The position numbers and the translations under genes are program-made. A stretch of 63,717 nucleotides of DNA, filler included, from Trichosphaerium sp. ATCC 40318 (taxonomy: Eukaryota; Protista; Tubulinea), in NCBI GenBank assembly GCA_038496445.1. It is 4 parts of 4 records of this genome, joined end to end, with 100 filler letters (N's around TTAATTAATTAA, not from the genome) between each part and the next. Parts side by side here need not be neighbours in the genome. Positions count along the whole stretch, not along the records: positions 21,634 to 40,823 come from JALMLS010000221.1; 3 more parts are not named here. One strand, given 5' to 3'. Of this stretch, positions 23,279 through 35,396 are shown piece by piece; position 1 is the first letter of the stretch; every line of letters starts with the position of its first letter. Below the pieces are notes generated by a model. It was not told where the DNA came from, searched no databases, and saw only the letters and a program-made list of their open reading frames with translations.

Positions 23279-25621
23279 AACAATTTTCCGTATCTGTATC
23301 TTTTAATGTTTGGATGTTATGTTTTACTTTTTTTTTCCAGTGTGGCGTTGTAGGAGGTGATGTAGTTGGAGGTAATGTTGTAGGAGGTAATGTAGTTGGC
23401 GGTGACGTTGTTGGCAGTGTTGGAGGTGCTGTAGTTGGTGGTGGTGGTTCTATTGAAAATATATATGCGTAAGTACCTGTAGTCAAAGCCTGTGCGGGAC
23501 AAACAAACCTAGATGCAGAGTAAACATTTCAAATGTCAAAATAAATCAAACTCACGTGAATGATGTACTATTGAAGCTTATATTAGATGCAGTGACAGTG
23601 AAATTAGACGATTGAAATGTAAAACCTACACAGAATTTAGAACTAACACCGTTTTAAGGAAAGAAAGCTCAGTTTGTTTGTTGAGCTAACAATGACTCCT
23701 GTATTAAAATGATTCGCTGCCAGTTAATTGGTAACCATTGGGTAAGAAAATACAGCTTAAAATAATTTTAAAATAGTTGTTGGGGCAGCATCGCTTTTGA
23801 GACATTTCGAGTTGGGAATGTTTGTGAAAAACAATATGAAACAATTTCTTTGACTGTCGGTGCTTTTTCTAAGCACAGTATAAACAAATAGAAAAAATTG
23901 TTCTGGAAATATAAGTATAGCGTCATGGATACATGATAATGAGACCGATTGAAATACAAGATGGTTCTGAGGTGAGTAAAAACGTTCTCAAATATTCTTA
24001 AAATTCCAATAAATATCTAAAAATTAAAATTCGATACGAAACTGTCTCAACGGCATGCCATGCTGTGTCCCGTTTTTTCGGGAATTGTAGTACTAATAAT
24101 GTGTCCCGTGTTTTTTGGTACGTGGACTAAAAATAGTTACCTCCTATAACTGGGTCGTCAAAAGTGCATGTAAGTATGTGAATCCCACCTAAGGATATAC
24201 TTACTGAAGCAATGTCCACTGATAAGGTAAACAATGTCGTGTCAATGTTGATATTCCAGAAGTTATTGAAGCCAAATTTTGTTATATATTCAGTAGCAGT
24301 ATCAGATACTATAAAGTTTGGGTTGTTTGGTTCATTTGACATGGAAGCAAAGTCTGTATTCCCGAAAAAGTATGTACAGCTTCCTCCATCTCCTACGCCT
24401 ACGACAAAGATTAATTGTTAGTTTTAAACGTAGTTTGTGGGTTTTTTAGTTTTAAAACATCTCAGGTCTAAAAAAATATACCAGTTTTTTTGGTATATAC
24501 CACTTTTATACCACTTTTTTATACCAGTTTTTTATGGTATATACCAAAAAAAGTGGTATATTTTGACCGAAATATACCAAAAAAAGTGGTATATTGACCA
24601 AATATACCAACAATATACCAAAAAAAACAGGTATAAAAACAGAAAATATACCACTTTTTTTCACCAGAAAAAAAAAAATATACCACTTTTTTATACCACT
24701 TTTTTAGGTATATACCACTTATATACAACTTTTTTATACCAGTTTTTCATGGTATATACCACTCTTATATACCACTTTATGCTTACTTATGGTACACCTG
24801 CAATTCCAGAAAATACACTTTATTTAATACACAGTTTGTGAGTTACAAGTTTTGGACAATGTCCACTACAGTTACATTACTATGGGCGTCTGGAAAATTC
24901 GTCCATCTCCATGAGCTTGCTGTACCTACTGTAAAAACATGCTGCGCACCTAATGAAAGTGGTCCCACCTGAATCCATCAATTACTAAGGCCTACGGAGG
25001 TCGGTTAATGTATATCAAACGAAAATAAAATAACACTTTGTCTGGTACCCACGAACGTCTGTATAATACCTGCAATATAGTTTCCTTAATGTTGGTACTG
25101 GAATCAGGTCCTGCGGTTTGAATGAGCTTGGTTTGGTTAGATTCTATGATATACTAAGGTCCCTACGCACCGTTCAATGTATGACGTCTATGATCGTTCA
25201 ACAAGAAAACCCATTACCAAAAAGCTCCTTAATGACCTTCTTGAAGCATACCATAAAAGTGGTATATACCAATAAAAAGGTGGTATATACCACATACCAT
25301 AAAAAAGTGGTATATACCACCTTATATACCATTTTTAGAAGGTCTCATTATGTGAATAAAAAGTGGTATATACCACTTCCATATACCACTTTTTTATTCA
25401 CTTAATTTCTAAAAAAAGTGGTATTTCAAAATGGTATATACCAGTTCATATACCATTTTGTTGAAAAAAGAGGTATATACCATAAAAAAACTGGTATATA
25501 CCACTTTAATTTTTAGACCTGCTTTAGTAGCGTGCGTCGTACGCCACGTACTTATTGATACTGTTCTTACTACGAATAAGCATAATACCACAGTTGTTAA
25601 TATAAAAGATGATTTACTCAT
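23232..25621 (-). CDS. Secreted protein with Pro/Thr-rich (PPTT) mucin-like tract, interrupted by a TIR element
   Basis: Signal peptide MSKSSFILTTVVLCLFVVRTVS, exon at ~24140-24415, and PPPTTAPPTLPTTSPPTTLPPTTLPPTTSPPTTP at ~23340-23450. Confidence 0.45.
24463..25521. mobile_element. Non-autonomous TIR (foldback-like) element with TATACCA/TGGTATA subterminal repeat arms
   Basis: Termini CAGGTCTAAAAA and TTTTTAGACCTG, flanked by CT on both sides (possible 2-bp TSD). Repeat arms at 24475-24790 and 25248-25505. Confidence 0.7.
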
Positions 25622-27290
25622 GTTAGTGCTTGCGCTGGTTTATTTACGATGTTATTCCAAAATTAGTTACGCTATTTGATTTGTTGTAGAAAACGAGGGA
25701 GAATTTCTTCACTAATTGGTTTGACTAGTACACAACAGGAATTTTCGAATATTACAACAAAAACCGTCTAACTAATTCAACAAAACAATAAACGAGCTAT
25801 GTTGAAGACACAAAGGCCCAAGAAGTAAACAAGTACAGTTCTTTTAGAGCGCTGGTTACTAGTAACAGATTCTTATCCAAGCGAAGGATTGCAATCCAAA
25901 AAAACACTGTATGTTGGTAGCCGTAGGGAAGAACATATTTGGTTTTTTTTGATTCTTGGTTATGAGTTTGCTGTAATGTACAGTGCGGTCATTAAATCAC
26001 TGAATACAACAGGTAATGTCTAATACAGGGTGTAAAAACAGTTGTCATAGTCATTGAGTGTTGGCGATAACCGCACAAAGAAAACACGAGTAAAAAGGCA
26101 TTTAGTCCTTATGGGCTAAAAAAAAAAGTAAAAAGCCAAGAAAGGTTCATACTTAATGCGACATTCCAAAGGATCACAAACATTCTCTTACCTCTATACT
26201 GTAAAACACTTGTCTTTATAGTGTATGTGGCAGTGTTAATAGTAGCTAGAGTGGTAAAAGAAGGCACTGCGGTATATGCTGAAACTCTAAGATTTCCATT
26301 TGAAGCATTTCATATCTCTGTGGTACAATCTGTTAGTATCGAGTACCATGTTTAATGATAATCTCAACAAAACTATATTTTGTTTGTTTCATAATCCGAG
26401 AAGAAATTGTTCTGAGTATTAGGCTTAGGTTTGGTAGCTCTACGCTTGGCGAACGTGTTGGCATGCTTTCCTGTTTGTTTGTGACGTTTTGGTTGTTTTT
26501 CTGTTATTTTCACTCTGTGCGCAAGAGAGACGTGTATTTCGGTAAGAACAGAGGTAATGGGTGCGTTACGTAGCTTGGTTGAGGCTCTAGTATTGTGTTT
26601 GCGCTGCCTGCTGTTATCCCTTACAACAGACGCACAAGGGGAAGGAACAAACTCAGACATATTTATGTATGGGTATACGAGGCGTTACAGATTTATTAGA
26701 GGAAGAGTACAATTGGGAATTATTGTACTTCATCTTGAGGTAAGGCAATGTCACTGCGTCTTGCTTTCTTGTTGGATCCTTCTTCTTTGTCTTCGCGTTT
26801 ACGTTTGGCTTCAGCGGAGAGGTTGGTGTCTTTTGGTTGAGGAGGTTGTTCTGGCGCTGGTTTCTCTTCTTTTTCTTTTTCAGTGTTCTTTTCAGGTTCG
26901 TTTTCGTTTTCTTCTTCTTGTTCTTCGTCAACTTCCATGTGGTCGTAATCAGCCCAGAGAGGATTCTTGACGTCAACCTTGTCTTCGATAACAAGGAGTC
27001 TACGAGCATGGCATCCTTGTTCAGCAGCTGTTTCGTTTGCGCTTTGTAGAAGTTAGTGGAAGGGTAGTTGAGTTGTGTTTTGGAGAGGGTTTTTTCGTAC
27101 AAGTTTTGGACTTGTTTCATCAAGCCAGTAAGGAGGTTGGTAACACGAGCAAGTTTGTCCAGTTTCTTCTGGATGGCGTTCCTGTACTTGTCGTCAAGCT
27201 TCTTCTCATCGGTGTCGCGGTGTCGGTTGTTGAAGTAATCCCATTCCTTGTCGTACGGTACAGGACAGTTCTTGTAAAGGTTGCCTACAT

Positions 27291-28322
27291 CAGTAGTAAA
27301 ATAGAAATGGGAATTTTTAAGTAATCCACCCTGTTTTCCTATGGGAAAAGTAAACGGAAAAACTCTTCCTTAATTCCCATTGAATTTATATGAAATTCTG
27401 TAAGTATTACTCATAGAATTCTTAGAATATTACTTTTGGAATTGCGTATGTATTTTATATAGAATTCTCTATGTATTCTTTATAGCATTTCTTAATGTAT
27501 TTTTTGTAGATTTCAATAAAAAATACTTTATAAATTACACAAAATATTATTTAATACTTTGGTTCAGATTTAATGCAAAGTCATTTTATTTATTGATCAT
27601 TACAAAATACAAACATCCTAAATAATACGTACAAGTTAAATACATCGTGTTTTCATAAATGAAAGAAGTAATTTGATCACATTTGGTTTTGAGAGCCTGA
27701 ACAATAATTAATGCATTTGTAAATGCTAAATTAAGAACGCGTAGGGTTTTTTGATAAATTAAGTGGAAATAAGCTTTAAAAACAACCTACTTGGAGTTAA
27801 TGCTTTAAATACATTCTTTAATGGTGTAATAAGGCTGTTGCAATGCTTTAATCATCCTAAAACAGATAAGTAAGAGATATTTATGTTTAAGTGATTTTCC
27901 AAACCACCTAAAACGTGTTCTCTGTTACTTTTTGGATTAACGCACTTTAACCTGTACCATTGGTTTTTTCACCTTTAATAATAGCATGTGGATATTGTTC
28001 GCTAGAAAAACCTATGTACCTAAGGTGTTGATGGTTTTTTGCAAATATAAAACTAAACCCTAACCCTAACTTAATTTGTACTTTCATAAACCTCAACCCT
28101 AGCCCTAACCCTAACCCTAACTAAATTAGTACATTATTTGGTGGATTTTGTACAATAATTCTGAAAATTCCGTATTTAAGGGAATATTATGGTAATCCTA
28201 TCAAAAATCCTGCCATAAAAAAAAATAAAAATAAGAATTCTTCACAAATTACCTTAAAAATCCCTAAAACAAAGGAATTTAGTGGGATTTATATCCAAAA
28301 TCCCGTTTTCATTTTACCACTG
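27291..28322. mobile_element. Non-autonomous TIR DNA transposon with 2-bp AT TSD and internal telomere-like repeats
   Basis: Imperfect TIRs CAGTAGTAAAATAGAAATGGGA and CAGTGGTAAAATGAAAACGGGA; AT duplicated at both ends; partial second copy at 59558-59771. Confidence 0.85.
28055..28122. repeat. Interstitial (CCCTAA)n telomere-like repeats inside the transposon
   Basis: AAACCCTAACCCTAAC and AACCCTAGCCCTAACCCTAACCCTAAC. Confidence 0.8.
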
Positions 28323-28863
28323 ATACATCGTGCTTGGTGTGAGGAGTTCATTCTTCATTTCTTCCTCAGTGTCGAAGGAGACGATGGCGAACCCTCTGCA
28401 TACGTCGTTGAAGTACGAGCAGGCTGGAACGATTTGTTGCTTCTTGATTCTGTCGTTGAAGGCTTCGTAGAGGTTGTCGATGGTTCTTCTTATCGAAATG
28501 CGTGGGAGGTTTCCAATCGCCAAGGTTCTGTTTCCAAGAGGGTTGGTGGTGATGACGAGGTTGATGACGCAATCTGCAACACCAAGCGGACCAGTGTTTT
28601 TGTAGGCTTGGTTCCTGCCAATGTGATCCACAAAAACCATTTTACCGTAGGAGTTCTTGATCCATGAGGCAGTGATACATCTTGCCGTGCATTCGTGGGG
28701 GAGGAGGTGGTTGGAGTGTTGTTCTTCGACGATCTCTTCGGCGGTGAGGATTGGTACGTTTTGTCCTTGTTTGTAGCCACCGTTGCGTTGTATTCTGACA
28801 ATAGCTGGGGAGACATCTGAGACTGCGAAGGCTTCAGCGTTTTCTTCGCTTCGGTAGACTAGC

Positions 28864-29793
28864 CAGGGCTGAAACTAAACAAGGCTTTGCCTTAAATATG
28901 AAGGCATTTTTTTAAAATCAGGCATTGATGGCAAAAATCAGGCATGCAAAAATGGCAATGCCTGATTTTGCAAAGGCAATGGCAGAAAAGGCAAAAATCA
29001 GGCATTGAAATAAGGCTTTTTTGGGCAATGCCTTAATTGTTGCAATGCCTTGTTTTTTTTTAGGCAATGCCTGCCCTAGTTTTTTTATGCATTGCCAGCC
29101 TTAAATTTATAGGCACCAATTAGGCATTGGTTGTGTACACATTGTACATTAAGGATACATTGGTTTAAGGTAAGTCTCCACCACACCAACACTTCCTAAA
29201 CATTTTTTTTCATTTACTACTGACGTTTTATATAGACGCCGTCACCACGCGCTTAGTATTTTATGGATTCTAACGAAACCGCCGCCATTCGAACCGCAGC
29301 ACCCAAATCCACCTACAACAGGAGTATAGGTACTTTAAACCATTTTTCCAGTCCGCGAAAATTATACCAATAATTTGTTAATTTTTTTTTTTAACTAAAG
29401 GTTTTTTTTCACATGGAGGACATTGAAGTTTTTTGTGTTTTGTGTACTGTACTTTAATAAATGAATCACTATTGTATGCCTATATAAAGCCTTGTTTTAT
29501 GAGTATATGGTGCCTGGGTTATGCCCAAAAATTGAGGGCAAAAATGCCTTATTGTTGCACTAAAAATGAGGCATTATTGGACCAACAATGCAGGCTATTT
29601 TAAGGCTAATTAGTGAACCAGTTGCTTGCTATTTGGCCCAAATATGAGGCTCCAAAGCCCAAAATTACAAGGCAATGCCTCATATTTGCTCATTTTTTTT
29701 GGCAAAAACAAGGCAATTTGATGAAAAATAAGGCTGTATTTGGTGGCAAAAAAATGGCTTTTGTAAAAAAAGCCTTATTTAGTTTCAGCCCTG
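28864..29793. mobile_element. Non-autonomous TIR DNA transposon, 4-bp TSD (TAGC), AGGCA/TGCCT subterminal repeats
   Basis: TIR CAGGGCTGAAACTAAA(C/T)AAGGCTTT at both ends; TAGC at 28860-28863 and 29794-29797. Confidence 0.9.
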
Positions 29794-30815
29794 TAGCTTG
29801 GCGAGGGTTTGAGCGTCTTCGAGATTGTGGAGGACAGCGTAGGTCATGCCAATGTACTGGATGCCGCCGGTGAATCTTACAATTTTGATGTCACCTCTGA
29901 TCGAATTGATGAAGACTTGTACTTCACATGGATCGTCCTTGTCATACATTACTACGAGAAGGGGGTAAAAGGAGCCTTTCTGCACAAATTCTTTGGTGTA
30001 GCGGTAAGTTCGAGGAGGTACGTGCGTGTCCTGGATCTTTTTCCTAAGGACTTGCGAGCGGATGACTGGGAGGTCTGTGTTGTTGGTCGTGGAGGTGATG
30101 ATCTCAACAGAGTCTTCATCATCGCTGTCTAGGCCTGGAAGGTCGAGTTGTCTTGTTGTCATGTTCGATACTTGATACAATTTGTGTGTATTGACTTTAC
30201 ATGTTTGGTATGTTGCGAGGTATTTATTCGGAGGGTTTGTGGAGGGGATGTACTGGTGGTTTACGTTTATCACGTGTTTGTAAGACTGTTTTAGAGATTT
30301 TATTTTACATTTTCGGAAAATTTGTTTATTTGGTTTTTTGTACACTTCATTGTCTTTCCGGGGTTCTTCTGAGGTGTTGTTTCCTGTTTTATTTTCTCGA
30401 GGTAAATTTTTAGTAAGGTACATAAAAAAGTAGGTAAATTTATCGGTTAAAGTTTTTTGCTTGTTTGGTTTTGCGCGGTGAGGTTGTGTAAGGATTTCTG
30501 GACGGTTCGAGGGGTTTACGTAGACGTTATGGGGTGTTACGGGGTGTTTGATATCAGAACATTCTTTAACTCTCTTTACGCTGTTTCTACCGACTGTGTG
30601 ACGTACTTGTGGGTCTTTGTAGTGTACGGGGTCTTTCGACTGAGGTTGCAGTGTTGTAGCGCTTGGAGAGCTAATGATTGTTCTTTTTGGTATCAGTGTC
30701 AGGAAGAGGTGCCTTCCGGAAAGAAAAAGAAGTTTTTTTTCTGATCTCAACGCTCTGTACACCAATTAAGCCTTTGGCAATTAAGCAAGAAGAAAACAAG
30801 TCTCAAAGTGCCAAC

Positions 30816-33271
30816 ATGGCCGCCAAGACGCAGTATGATTCTGTATCTCTCACATCAGACACTTTTGACGTAGATGAAACTGAAGCACAAACATCTGTAA
30901 GAACGTTTGCTTAAAAGTGACTGCTTTTAATTTAATTACGTAGGTTATTGTTCCTAAACCCGGTTTTTGGACAGGAAAGAAGAAATTAGTAATCATACTC
31001 ATTGTAACCATTTTAATTATTCTTGGTGGAGTTTTCGCCGTTATTTTCCTTACAGACGAAGGACCAAGTACATTAACACTGCCTTTACAAAACGATTTAC
31101 CTTTTATTTGTTTAGGACAACATCGCAATGTCATCTTTTTAGTACCAGATGGCTATGGTCCAGCGTATACTACACTTACAGTACATATGAACGGTGATAA
31201 ACCACTAGAGATGGATTCATACCTTGTGGGCACTTCACGAACTCGCTCAGCTGATAGGTACACAGCACAAAACGTAACAAGAAAAAATCTCCAAGTGTCA
31301 CCATTTTCATGAAGTTATTTACTACACCTTTTCTTTTTACGTTTCGTGTAATCTCACTTTTTTAGTCCTGTGACTGATTCAGCTGCTGGCGCAACATCTT
31401 GGGCGTGTGGACTACGTACAAACAATCACTATCTAGCTGCGACACCAGAGAATACATCTTGTGGTACGACGTGACGTTAATATAAGATCTAATATTTTAC
31501 ACAAAAATTTCTGATTCCCGTTTTCTTATTAATAAACACAAAAAGGGACTCTTATGGAAGCTGCTATGAATCAGAAGAATATGAAAGCTGGTTTCGTTGT
31601 AACGAGCGAAGTAACACATGCAACACCAGCAGCTTTTACTTCACACTCTATAAGCAGGTAAAACAGAACGACACTTATATTAATTGACTTCCGTATCTCA
31701 TTTTTTTCCTTTCTACAGATACTGGAAAGAGTTCATTGCTGGTCAACAGATTAAGAGTGGACTAGAAGTGATGTTTGGTGGTGGACGTACTGTATTCACA
31801 CAGGATAATAATACACTATGGAAAGAGGCTGAGTCTAACGGGCTTAATATTATTACAACTGCTGCAGAGCTTAGTGGTAAAAATCTTGGGATTTTTTCAT
31901 TGTCAACTATTTTACTGACGCTGAGTTCAAGGGGATGTTAAGCTGCCTGTACTCGGGTTATTTGCAGATAAACACTTGGCATTTAGTCTTGATAGGTACA
32001 TTAATTTTTTCGAACGCGTTTATTGATTGAATGCTTCAGGGAAGTCGATGATGTTGAGCCAAGTCTTGTTCAAATGACAAAAAAAGCACTTGATATTTTA
32101 AACAAAGGTATTTTCTCTCGTTCTCTTGCTCTACTTCCCTTCTAATGACATCAATGTATTATTAGATAATAAAGATGGGTTCTTTTTACTTGTTGAAGGT
32201 AGTCGTATTGATCACTGTGGTCACATAAACGATCCATGTACGATTTACTACTATGCTTAATTTTTTACTTATTGTACCTAGCATGTGCTTACCATGAAGT
32301 AAATGCTTTTGATGAGGCGTTTAAAGCAGTAATTGACTTTGCTAAAGAAGATAAAAACACTTTAGTAGTATCTGTAGCTGATCATGAGACAGGTAACGCC
32401 AAATCTCCGCTTTTCTTTTCTTTTTTTGTTCGAAATACCAATAATTACTTATACCTCTTTAGGTGGTTTGGCTCTTGGAGTAGGTGAATATAATTATGGT
32501 TTAGACTTCCTTTCACAAGTTAATCACACTTGTGAATGGTTTGTAGCGCAATTGGACGTGCGTAGAGAGGGATTTTCTCCTTTTTTTTTCTTACCTTTTT
32601 ATTGTATTTTGTTCTCATCGGTTTTTTTAGCTTGCTGCGCTTAACTCTACAGAGAATTTACAAAAGCTTGAAGAAGACATTGGAACATACACCCCAATAG
32701 ATACACTCACACCTGAAGAGGTATCTCTAATACAGAATGGACTTGCTACTTCACGTACGAGAAAAAGAGAAAAAAAAAACCTTCACAAAAAAAATCAATC
32801 CATCCTTATTAATATGTTTTTCTAATAGCGGTTGCTACTGAAGAAGCACTTGCAGCTATATTTTCAGCAAGAGGTGAAATAGGCTGGACATCACATGTAC
32901 ATACTGTACGATACAAGCAAAAAAAAAAAACAAATTATTTCTTGAAATATTAAAAAACTTGTATTACAGGGTGTAGATGTCAATGTATACGCTTATGGAC
33001 CTGATAGTGATAAATTCGCTGGTCAGCATAAGAATTATGATTTGGGTGTAATTCTTGCAAAAATATTAGGGTTTGATTATGATAAAGCTACACAGGATGT
33101 CAAGTACGTCTTTTTGACGTTGCTCTTTTATTATTATTTTTTTTTGTAGTATTCTTATGAATTATTTTTCTTACTTCTTTCTCTTTTTATAGATCGTTTG
33201 ATCCAACGAATAATTCAAGTATGGATAGTACTAAACGCGATGTTGGTTATCATTCCAATAACATTCTTTGA
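30816..33271 (+). CDS. Alkaline phosphatase (PhoA/Pho8 family), type II membrane-anchored
   Basis: N-terminal TM, then NVIFLVPDGYG, VTDSAAGATSWACG (catalytic Ser), HATPAAF, FFLLVEGSRIDHCGH, VVSVADHETGG and HTGVDV-like motif. Confidence 0.93.
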
Positions 33272-33577
33272 TAATGGGAACTACACCAAAAAAAGTCTTG
33301 ACTTTTTTTTTTGGCATTTTGGAGGGGATATCTTTTGCTGTTTACCCAGTTGTATGATTATAAAGTATTACAGTACCCTGATTTTTTGTTTGTTGGAATA
33401 TTGTATGTATGTTGCACTTTATACCAAGGACTTACCACTTCCTATCACCCAGCACAAAGAGTCAGAAATAAATTTTTGTTACTCCGAAAAATTAACTTGT
33501 TACTCACTCAAACACCCATAGCAGTGATTTTGAGGGCTTTTTTGGAATAGGCGTTGAGTGTCATAGAAACATTCACC

Positions 33578-35357
33578 TATTCAGTAGCATTGCTGTAAAT
33601 CTAGTCAACTGCCTAGAAGAAGGTAAGGGAGTAGCCTATTTACTAAGACGGCATACTTTTGTTGTGAAGTTTTACCACTCTGTTTAAAACGATTCCAATC
33701 CCAACCATACCCATCGTGTAAAAGTGATAATGCTCTAGGCCAATATTTGCGTAACCTTATTCCTCCCACAGCCTGTAAATGCAGAAGTGACACGTGATAC
33801 CTGCAAATAACGGTAAGATTTTTTGTTGAAAAAACAGCTTAGTGTTCCTTTACCATTCCGTTGGTCTGGTGATGTGTAAAGCCTCTTTGGCCTGTTCTAA
33901 GAAACTCTTTTGGTTTTCTTCACACCAATGACGTTGTGCCCCCTTCCAGTCGTATGAAGGATACAGAGCTTTCAAAGCGTTGAAAGCTCCAAAGTGTCTA
34001 AAACGGTGTGAAACAAACAGTTAAATGTTCTGGTATTAAAACTATGTAAAGTTTCTATACGGCTTACCTTTTTGCTATAGGACCGTTTTCGCGTACTATT
34101 TTGCGTAAATTACCACGTGTGTACCATCCATCTAGTGTCTTTATTTGATATTTTTCTCCGATATCATCAAGAGCCCGTCTTTGGTTTCTAGGATCATCCC
34201 AGTAGTATTTAGGCGCTTGGCTATATAAACAAAACGCATTACCCTAAATGTTTACACTAAATGCCTTACGTGAAACACTTCGTATCCCAATTGTACCGTG
34301 GATATAATGTCTCAAGACACTTTGAAAGGGAGCAACTGTAAACATTCCTTTACAAAAATCCTGTAAGCGTGAAGTTTCTTTTTTCGAACATACAATAAGC
34401 GCGTCGTATTCCTCTCAGAGACGTCTTCGACTCGAATTTTATACCAGTCATCCATTGTCTTTACATCAAGCCTCTCTCCTGAGGTATTCATGACATGTTT
34501 ATGAATTTCCACAGAGCTCCAATAGCCAGGAGCACGGTAACTAATTTAAAACTTACAGGTTTTTGCATCACAAATCACAACGTACTTGAGCCTTTGAGCA
34601 TCCCAAGGATGATTCGGGAAGGAGGAGGATAGTGCATCTAGAAGATTACAGCATTTCCTTGTTTTGTTGTCGTACCTGAGCGGGAATTACTAGACTAAGG
34701 AGGTACAAATACGTACAAAAAACTTTTAGCACCGCTCTTCATAGCATCTTTGAACGATACCCTGTACCAATCATCAAGTATTTTACAATTTAATCTCCTG
34801 CCAACCATATTAACGGCATCCTTTCTATTATCTCTATTATCCCAATGACCACGTGGAGCCTGTCTAAAACAACCTTATCAATAAACTTGCTTTGTTCTGT
34901 GTTTTTCCAAAACCACCTGAAACGTTGCTTGTCCCACGTGTATTTATTGTAAACTGAACAAATGCAACTTGAGATAGAACCGTTATAAACCCTAATAAAG
35001 TATAAAATGGTAGGCCACCTTAACAACAAGGAGAAAGAAGTGTACGTGTTTAACAATGCTCTGGCTGAAAATGATGACAGTGTTTTTTTCCCTACAGCAT
35101 ACCACTCGTCTAATTGCTTGATTTTTAGGCGTTCACCGACGTTATCAAGCTCTTTTCGCTGATTTAAGATATGGTGTTTTGATTTGCTTCTAACGCTCCA
35201 TTACTTGTTAAATTATTCAAAAAGCGCGGTAGGTGAATGATACTAACCTTTTCGCAACCACACGCATAATTCAGCGGTGAGTGTATTAGGTTTACACTGA
35301 GTAGTGCCTAACGTACTTTGCGTAGTAGTTTACAACGAGGCATACTTGTGTTGACAT
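33578..35357 (-). CDS. Trp-rich repeat protein (~5 repeats), no catalytic domain; paralogue of 3672-8106
   Basis: LKIKQLDEWYAV; PRGHWDNRDNR...LNCKILDDWYRV; PGYWSSVEIH...VKTMDDWYKI; PKYYWDDPRNQRRALDDIGEKYQIKTLDGWY. Ends GYGWDWNRFKQS. Termini approximate. Confidence 0.75.
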
Positions 35358-35396
35358 TTGGTTTATTCTAGAATTGTCTATCATCCTCAAATCACC

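Larger units (their letters stand above)
26720..30162 (-). pseudogene. Intronless RRM-containing ORF (TE ORF1-like or retrocopy) disrupted by two TIR insertions and a frameshift
   Basis: Removing 28864-29793 (+TSD TAGC) and 27291-28322 (+TSD AT) restores one frame: ...QTLAKL|VYRSEE... and ...TPSTMY|VGNLYKN.... RNP2-like TLAIGNLP and MYVGNL, RNP1-like RGFAIVSF. Frameshift near 26995. Confidence 0.75.

Noticed and set aside
24437-25679. Tyr/Thr/Lys-rich ORFs and a possible CRISPR-like array (also 58779-59258)
   Set aside because: These are translations of irregular TATACCA subterminal repeats, with no constant repeat-spacer period and no cas genes.
28055-28122. True chromosome end
   Set aside because: Only a few degenerate units, internal to a TSD-flanked element.
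30163-30765. N-terminal ~200 aa of the 326-aa ORF 29785-30765
   Set aside because: Starts at a non-ATG codon in low-complexity A-rich sequence; protein-like composition begins at MTTRQLDL (30162).
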